Source: Clostridia bacterium
Lineage (GTDB): Bacteria > Bacillota > Clostridia > Oscillospirales > SIG627
Direction of reading: 5' to 3'
Length of the DNA: 53,100 nt
Assembly: GCA_017414535.1 (NCBI GenBank)
Contig: JAFQMA010000021.1
Location: forward strand, 1 to 53,100
The notes under the pieces were generated by a model that worked only from the letters and a program-made list of their open reading frames with translations, searched no databases and had not been told where the DNA came from. The stretch's first letter is position 1. Each line of letters opens with the position of its first letter. Shown here piece after piece: positions 48,049 through 53,100 of the stretch. A program made the position numbers and the translations under genes.

Positions 48049-48348
48049 TCAAAGAAGCCGTAGGAAAGCTCGGACATGAGCAGGCACATAGGGTAACGCG
48101 GAGGCGCTGTCGGCAAAAAGGATCAGGAGCAAAAAGAAGAGGCCGATCGCGCCGAGAACGCAAAGCCAAACGATCACAGCGTTCTTGTGACGGATGCGGT
48201 TGGGATCGGTCAGACCGGAATCCATTTCTTCATACTGCAAGACATACTCATTTTGCGCGGCTTTCTTGGCAGGCATCTCTTTCCCACAGTAGGGGCACAC
48301 ACGAATAAGCGGAGATAAGGACTTACCGCAATGGGGGCATTTGATCAA
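48049..48348 (-). CDS. Small zinc-ribbon membrane protein
   Basis: KCPHCG..VCPYCG, C-terminal TM helix; TTG start with SD AGGAG. Confidence 0.72.
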   Translation of the reverse strand: MIKCPHCGKSLSPLIRVCPYCGKEMPAKKAAQNEYVLQYEEMDSGLTDPNRIRHKNAVIVWLCVLGAIGLFFLLLILFADSASALPYVPAHVRAFLRLL

Positions 48349-48540
48349 TTGAGTCTCCTAAAAATAAAAACAGCAGGGTGAGTCGAATGTCAGGAGTTAT
48401 TATACCCAATTCACTATTGAAAAACAATGAGCGCGCTGCTTAGTTTTCCCCATTTTTTCGACTTTTTTCTCTATTTGTTATTGAGTTCTCAATAAAGGAA
48501 AAGAAGCCTTGCGCTGAGCGCACGGCTTCCGTCTTTTTCG

Positions 48541-48969
48541 TTATAAAACAAGCGTTACGGAATCGGTTTCGGGGTCAAGGGAAAGCTCGCGCCCCGATAC
48601 CCAGCGCGTTTCCCAACGGTCGGATTCACCGTCACAATGGGGATAGAGATCAACGGTCTGATAGGAGCCGAACTGCAAAAGGAGCCTTCCTTCCTGCCAC
48701 AAAAGGCGGACGGAACGGTAGCTCTGATCTCTTTCGGGGATCCACACAAGCTCATTCCCGTCAAGATCCTGAAAATTCACCTCTCCGTTGGAGGAGGCAA
48801 GGATCACATAGCCGCGGCAGGAGGAGGATCGGAGCGTATCATCTCCTAATTTTAAAGAGAATTCATGGGGCTCAACAATAAGCTTCAGTATCTTCTCATC
48901 CCCGAAATCGGTATTATCCTTCGTTTGATAGCCACCGAGTCTTTGAAATTCATATCGGATCTCACGCAT
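48541..48969 (-). CDS. Hypothetical protein (beta-rich; motif DLYPHCDGESDRW)
   Basis: Clean ORF following the epimerase gene, with a terminator hairpin at about 48503-48528. Confidence 0.7.
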   Translation of the reverse strand: MREIRYEFQRLGGYQTKDNTDFGDEKILKLIVEPHEFSLKLGDDTLRSSSCRGYVILASSNGEVNFQDLDGNELVWIPERDQSYRSVRLLWQEGRLLLQFGSYQTVDLYPHCDGESDRWETRWVSGRELSLDPETDSVTLVL

Positions 48970-48990
48970 TGTTCATTCTCACTTTCACAT

Positions 48991-49842
48991 TTATTTTTGG
49001 TCAAAGAGATCGGCAAGTCTTCTTGCGCTTTCGGCAAGCTTGACTACACCATCGAACACCGTACCGGGAGAGTAGGCGGAAAGATACATATCCGCCTCCA
49101 GAGTAAAATAGCCATCGTAGCCGATTTCCCGCAGAGCCTTGACGATGGGGGGATAATCGATACTGCGGGAAAAGGGGATCTGATGCTGATCGCGATGACA
49201 GTCGTTATCGTGGATATGAAGGGCCTTGAGGCGATGTCCCAAAGCATGGATCATATTGACGGAACCGTCGCCCGAGCCGCGCATTTCCGCATGTCCCAGA
49301 TCCAGACAGGCAACAAGGAAGGGATCACCGAGGGCATCGATATGGTGCACGAAGTCCTCACCGGTGGCACAGGCGGCAAAGGAGGATTCGTTCTTTTCCT
49401 TATTCCAATTCCACATATTCTCTGCAGCGATCTTTACCCCGAGGGCATGAGCTACGGGGAGAAGTTCGGCATACATTTCGGCATTTTCCTCAGCCGTTTT
49501 ATTGTTATTGGGGTGGATCACGCAGATCTTACCGCCTGCCTCGGCCGTGCATTCCAGTGCATAGGGCAGGCTTTCCCGAATGGCGGGAATACGAACGGGA
49601 AAGGGCGCGTGGGACTGATTGCAGTGGATGCCAACGGCTTCGCCGATGCTTTTCAGCTCCCGTGCAAGCTTTAGGTGCTCTCGGGCGCGGGCTCGCAGCG
49701 CTTCCCCACCCTCTCCATCGGAGGGACAAAGGGGAAAGAGGGAGAAATCCCAAGCATCAAAGCCTGCCTTCCCGCAGAGCTCTACGGCCCTCGGGAAACC
49801 CACGTGATTGGCAATGGATTCGATTTCCGTTGAAATTTTCAT
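48991..49842 (-). CDS. Sugar phosphate isomerase/epimerase (xylose-isomerase-like TIM barrel)
   Basis: QSHAPF, VIHP, AAENM, CLDLGH, LHIHDN, FTLE. Confidence 0.88.
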   Translation of the reverse strand: MKISTEIESIANHVGFPRAVELCGKAGFDAWDFSLFPLCPSDGEGGEALRARAREHLKLARELKSIGEAVGIHCNQSHAPFPVRIPAIRESLPYALECTAEAGGKICVIHPNNNKTAEENAEMYAELLPVAHALGVKIAAENMWNWNKEKNESSFAACATGEDFVHHIDALGDPFLVACLDLGHAEMRGSGDGSVNMIHALGHRLKALHIHDNDCHRDQHQIPFSRSIDYPPIVKALREIGYDGYFTLEADMYLSAYSPGTVFDGVVKLAESARRLADLFDQK

Positions 49843-49848
49843 ATTTTT

Positions 49849-50406
49849 TTACACCTCTGCAATAACGCGGCAAGGAAGCCCCGTCATACCGCTGAAGCGA
49901 ACAGGATAGGTATGAGCGATAAAGCGGCCTCCTACGGCAAGAAGCGGCCTGAGACCGCAAAGATTTTCCACCACAAACACACCGCGGTCGGCACAGCGCT
50001 GATCCATGGGCGTATGCTCCTTACCGCGGCGAAGCCCCGAGCAATCCACACCGATCATTGAGATCTCGCGATCCAGCAAAGCTTCCACAAGGACGGGAGA
50101 AAGCTGTGGATGGGAGGAAAAATAGGCCTTGGAGCCGTAGGGCTCCTCCTCAATAAATCCCGTATAAAAGGCCACGAACTGACCCGCACGGACCTGATCC
50201 ATAGCAATATCGCCGATCTCTATATCGCGATCGCGAACGACGGAAACGTCAAAAACGATTCCCTCGCGGCAGGTATATTCCAAGGGAAATTCCTTATCCA
50301 TCACGTCAAAATGGGTGCCGAGATGGCCCAATAGGGCCCGATCGTCCTTTTCCGGTGCAGAACGGCGCATCTCGGGTGTAATGAGCAGGGTAATATCATA
50401 GAGCAC
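49849..50406 (-). CDS. Cyclase family (kynurenine formamidase-like) protein
   Basis: HLGTHFD, IGVD, VVENL, PCRVIA; GTG start with SD GGAGG. Confidence 0.85.
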   Translation of the reverse strand: MLYDITLLITPEMRRSAPEKDDRALLGHLGTHFDVMDKEFPLEYTCREGIVFDVSVVRDRDIEIGDIAMDQVRAGQFVAFYTGFIEEEPYGSKAYFSSHPQLSPVLVEALLDREISMIGVDCSGLRRGKEHTPMDQRCADRGVFVVENLCGLRPLLAVGGRFIAHTYPVRFSGMTGLPCRVIAEV

Positions 50407-50456
50407 GGGATCGCCTCCTTTTTCTCATACTAACACAGCAAAAGCATATTTGCAAG

Positions 50457-50486
50457 AAAAATCGCCCGATGTTCGGGCGATTTTTT
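50457..50486. terminator. Intrinsic terminator of the TraB/GumN gene
   Basis: AAAAATCGCCCGA-tgt-TCGGGCGATTTTT. Confidence 0.8.
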
Positions 50487-50496
50487 GGATTTTCGT

Positions 50497-51519
50497 TTAT
50501 TTCGTTATAAGCTCGACGGTATAGCCGCGGGCGGAAAGCAGGTCTGCCATGGCGCCTTCACCTACCACGTGGGCGGCACCGACGCAGATGAAGACCTCGT
50601 CGCCGGAGGCCAGTGCATCCTCGGCAAAATCGGCCATGGACAAATTGCGCTTTACAATTATGGCATTGTTGTATTCCTCATAAAGCTCCATCGCCTCGGG
50701 CGGTAATTCATCATCCGCGGAGGAAAGATAATCGGCAAAGGCCTTTTCATCTCCTGCAGCCCACAGATCCATCATTTTCTTATACTCTTCGATTGCTTCC
50801 TCTTGCTTTTCGTACATCTCAATAGAGGAGCTTAAAAGCATGCACTGCAGCTCATAAGAGAAGCCGGTGAGCAACTGATATTGGAATTGAACGGACTCAA
50901 CCTCCAAGATCTCTTTATTGGCATTTTTTGCACGCTCAAGCAGGTGCATATCGATCCCAAGATCCTTATCTGCCCCCAATCCCTCCAGGATCGTATCGTA
51001 ATATGCAACCTCATCAATATACGTTGACCAGAAGTAAGGGATAAACTTTTCGAATGCTTCCAGATAATTATCCGTATCCTTTAGAATCTTAACTGCTTTT
51101 TCATAAAGCTCGGCAGGAACGTGATCTTGCACTGTCGTACCGTCCTTGAGAAGCATAAGCTGAGCGGCCTCCTGCGAGGCTTTCGCGTCCTCTTGAAATG
51201 CGATGATATCAGCCTCTACCGCCAGACTATCCGCAGCGTCAAAGGCATTCAGCACGTAATCCGGCAAGGGATAATAATCCTCTCTCCCCAGGTGGATAGA
51301 GCCGAATAACCACGCCACGTTGCCGTCCTTATCGGTAACGCGATACAGCAGCGGAGCATATTCTCGTGGCTCAGAGGCGTCTTCCGTCGTAACCGTAACG
51401 ATGGCAGAAGCCGTCGTCCCGACCTCGTTCGTTTCGGGCAAGGGTGCATCTTGACAAGAAATCAGAGTAAAGCAAAGAACAACAATAAGTAGCCAACTGA
51501 ATATCCGCTTTATTTTCAT
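50497..51519 (-). CDS. TraB/GumN (Tiki-like) family lipoprotein
   Basis: Lipobox LISC, WLFGSIH, E..Q, RN.SMA, VGAAH..G; SD GGAGG before ATG at 51519. Confidence 0.88.
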   Translation of the reverse strand: MKIKRIFSWLLIVVLCFTLISCQDAPLPETNEVGTTASAIVTVTTEDASEPREYAPLLYRVTDKDGNVAWLFGSIHLGREDYYPLPDYVLNAFDAADSLAVEADIIAFQEDAKASQEAAQLMLLKDGTTVQDHVPAELYEKAVKILKDTDNYLEAFEKFIPYFWSTYIDEVAYYDTILEGLGADKDLGIDMHLLERAKNANKEILEVESVQFQYQLLTGFSYELQCMLLSSSIEMYEKQEEAIEEYKKMMDLWAAGDEKAFADYLSSADDELPPEAMELYEEYNNAIIVKRNLSMADFAEDALASGDEVFICVGAAHVVGEGAMADLLSARGYTVELITK

Positions 51520-51611
51520 AGAATCGCCTCCTTTTCTTGTATTATAACAAAAAGAAGCTGAGCTTGCAAGAAAAACCGTCTTAAGATCGTGCGTTTTATA
51601 TAAAAGGGTAT

Positions 51612-51640
51612 TTGACAAGGCGGCGAAGATAGGATAAAAT
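51612..51640 (+). promoter_or_regulatory. Sigma-A promoter of the DUF1828-like gene pair
   Basis: TTGACA-17 nt-TAAAAT. Confidence 0.72.
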
Positions 51641-51670
51641 AAAAGAAAGAGAGTTTGAGAGGTACATAAA

Positions 51671-52093
51671 ATGGATGCACGGGCATTAAACGAGGCCATT
51701 GGACAAGGGATCCGCAAGGTATACTATCCCGATCGCATCGAGCTATACCTTCCCTTCTTCATTGGGAACGAAAAAAGCGAGGAGTTTTGTCTTGCTTTTG
51801 ATCGGGACGGCGTGCTCAGCGACGGTGGCAGAACGCTGGAAGAATTGAAAAAGCGAGTAGGCGATCTTACCCCTTACCGCGAGACCATTCGGAACATTCT
51901 GGATCATTTCGGTACGGTGGCGCTGGAGGGCGGCCAAAAGCTGGTGGTTCGCAGCTTTCAGACCTGTTCTTTCGGCGATAAGGAATACCTTGACTATGCG
52001 GGAGGCCTGAGCCGAATGATCCGCGTGATCGCCCTGATCTGTGCGGCAGATCGCATTAAAGTGGATGAAGATGGGGTGGTGAGCTTATGCTGA
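51671..52093 (+). CDS. Hypothetical protein, DUF1828-like
   Basis: LPF...LSDGGRTL..L...IRNILDHFG pattern recalls DUF1828; SD GAGG. Confidence 0.6.
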   Translation: MDARALNEAIGQGIRKVYYPDRIELYLPFFIGNEKSEEFCLAFDRDGVLSDGGRTLEELKKRVGDLTPYRETIRNILDHFGTVALEGGQKLVVRSFQTCSFGDKEYLDYAGGLSRMIRVIALICAADRIKVDEDGVVSLC

Positions 52094-52455
52094 AGGAGAT
52101 CCGAGAGCAATTAGATACCATGTTTTGTGCCTACGAGGACAGAGGCGCGCTTGACGTTTGGACGCATATGACCATAGAGGGCGATCCTATCAATTTCCGT
52201 TTTTATCAAGAGGACAACAAATACGCCCGCCTTGTGACCCCACCCTGCTTTTCGGAATGGATGGCCTACAGCACCGGCTGTTGGTCAAGGGCGGCATCCA
52301 CCATTGAAGCCCTGGCCGAGCCTTACGGCGTTTCATGGGACAATGAGAACGGGGCGCTGTATATCCGCTTTCGACGCAACGAGATGAGCGTTGCCGAAGC
52401 GATCATGCGTCTGCAACAGGCCGTTTCCCTTGTGTGCGAATTGGGGCCTTTTTAA
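52087..52455 (+). CDS. Hypothetical protein, divergent DUF1828-like paralog
   Basis: GDPINF.., LAEPYGV.W..ENGAL, AIMRLQQAV; overlaps the upstream gene by 7 nt. Confidence 0.5.
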   Translation: MLKEIREQLDTMFCAYEDRGALDVWTHMTIEGDPINFRFYQEDNKYARLVTPPCFSEWMAYSTGCWSRAASTIEALAEPYGVSWDNENGALYIRFRRNEMSVAEAIMRLQQAVSLVCELGPF

Positions 52456-52469
52456 AAAGCGATCTATAG

Positions 52470-52507
52470 AAAAACCGATCTGCCGGGATTTCGGCAGATC
52501 GGTTTTT
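52470..52507. terminator. Bidirectional intrinsic terminator
   Basis: AAAAACCGATCTGCCG-ggattt-CGGCAGATCGGTTTTT. Confidence 0.88.
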
Positions 52508-52630
52508 GTTGCAAAAGTTCTTTGATAGCGGCCTGTGGTCAGTACGCAAAAGAGGGAAATTAAAAGTCGAGTTACCGTGGCGAGGTCGCAACTTAATCGT
52601 CCTCTATTTGCCTCCACGTTCTCCTCGACT
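52470..52630 (-). ncRNA. Candidate orphan structured small RNA (~160 nt)
   Basis: Own promoter TTGAAA-17 nt-TATAAT (52665-52637), nested 5' hairpin, CU-rich linker, terminator; no credible ORF. Confidence 0.6.
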
Positions 52631-52668
52631 AAACTTATTATATTCTACATATAAAAATTTTTCAATAG

Positions 52669-52700
52669 AAATCCCTCTGCCGATTTATCAGCAGAGGGAT
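52669..52700 (-). terminator. ppdK terminator
   Basis: Minus strand ATCCCTCTGCTGA-taaa-TCGGCAGAGGGAT followed by TTCT. Confidence 0.72.
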
Positions 52701-52721
52701 AGTTTTACTTTATAAATCTAA

Positions 52722-53100
52722 TTACTTAGATTCTTTGATAGCAGCCTGAGCGGCGGCGAGGCGTGCGATCGGCACGCGGTAGGGAGAGCAGGAAACGTAG
52801 TCCAGACCGATCTTGTGGCAGAACTCGATGGAGGAGGGATCGCCACCGTGCTCACCGCAGATACCGCAGTGGAGGGTGGGACGAGCCTTCTTACCCATGG
52901 TAACGGCCATATCCATCAGCTTACCAACGCCGGTGGTATCCAAACGAGCAAAGGGATCGGACTCGTAGATCTTGTTGGCGTAGTAGGAGGGCAGGAACTT
53001 GCCTGCGTCGTCACGGGAGAAGCCGAAGGTCATCTGGGTCAGGTCATTGGTACCGAAGCAGAAGAATTCAGCCTCTTCAGCGATCTGATCAGCGGTGAGG
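52722..53100 (-). CDS. ppdK: Pyruvate phosphate dikinase, C-terminal part (5' truncated by window edge)
   Basis: [48 protein letters not shown]. Confidence 0.95.
   Translation of the reverse strand, partial: LTADQIAEEAEFFCFGTNDLTQMTFGFSRDDAGKFLPSYYANKIYESDPFARLDTTGVGKLMDMAVTMGKKARPTLHCGICGEHGGDPSSIEFCHKIGLDYVSCSPYRVPIARLAAAQAAIKESK

Noticed and set aside
48349-48404. 5' ACTCCTGA could pair with the SD of the small zinc-ribbon gene
   Set aside because: A single 7-bp helix with an uncertain TSS; too weak to report as a regulatory RNA.
52333-52617. 94-aa minus-strand ORF with GAGGAG before a GTG
   Set aside because: SD and start are buried in the 5' hairpin, and the frame crosses a strong terminator and overlaps the convergent gene; a noncoding RNA explains the region better, though translation is not excluded.
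48006-52700. CTGCCG..CGGCAG core shared by hairpins at 48006, 52470 and 52669 (REP-like family?)
   Set aside because: Only about 6 bp are shared, the outer stems differ, and each is explained as a terminator.

Overview
Chromosomal core-genome window of a moderately GC-rich Firmicute. The gene set (darA-holB-ricT, THF riboswitch-folT, pflB with ZTP riboswitch, BspA-like LRR protein) points to an anaerobic Clostridia member; this is inferred, not measured. About 45 CDS cover energy metabolism (membrane PPase, PFL and activase, PPDK, ferredoxin), sugar use (AraC/NagA/ROK, PfkB, GH42, BNR sialidase-like), RNA modification (tgt, RlmL-like, tadA, yhbY), replication (dnaE, holB), cell wall (PBP1A, murA, GHL10-amidase fusion), folate uptake and two ABC transporters. 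Two known riboswitches are clearly readable: ZMP/ZTP (pfl) before pflB and THF before folT. I saw no rRNA, tRNA, CRISPR array, integrase or transposase. Best candidate for an undescribed element: a ~160-nt orphan structured RNA at 52470-52630 (-) with its own promoter and terminator. It carries a 17/18-nt copy of the ppdK 3' end and converges on two tandem DUF1828-like genes. Other leads are a lambda-like XRE operator switch in front of a surface LRR gene, a uORF/terminator leader before a MacB-like ABC transporter, a structured murA leader inside the darA-holB-ricT cluster, a frameshifted phage large-protein relic, and a zinc-ribbon/membrane gene cluster. All family calls come from motif recognition by eye, not from database searches.
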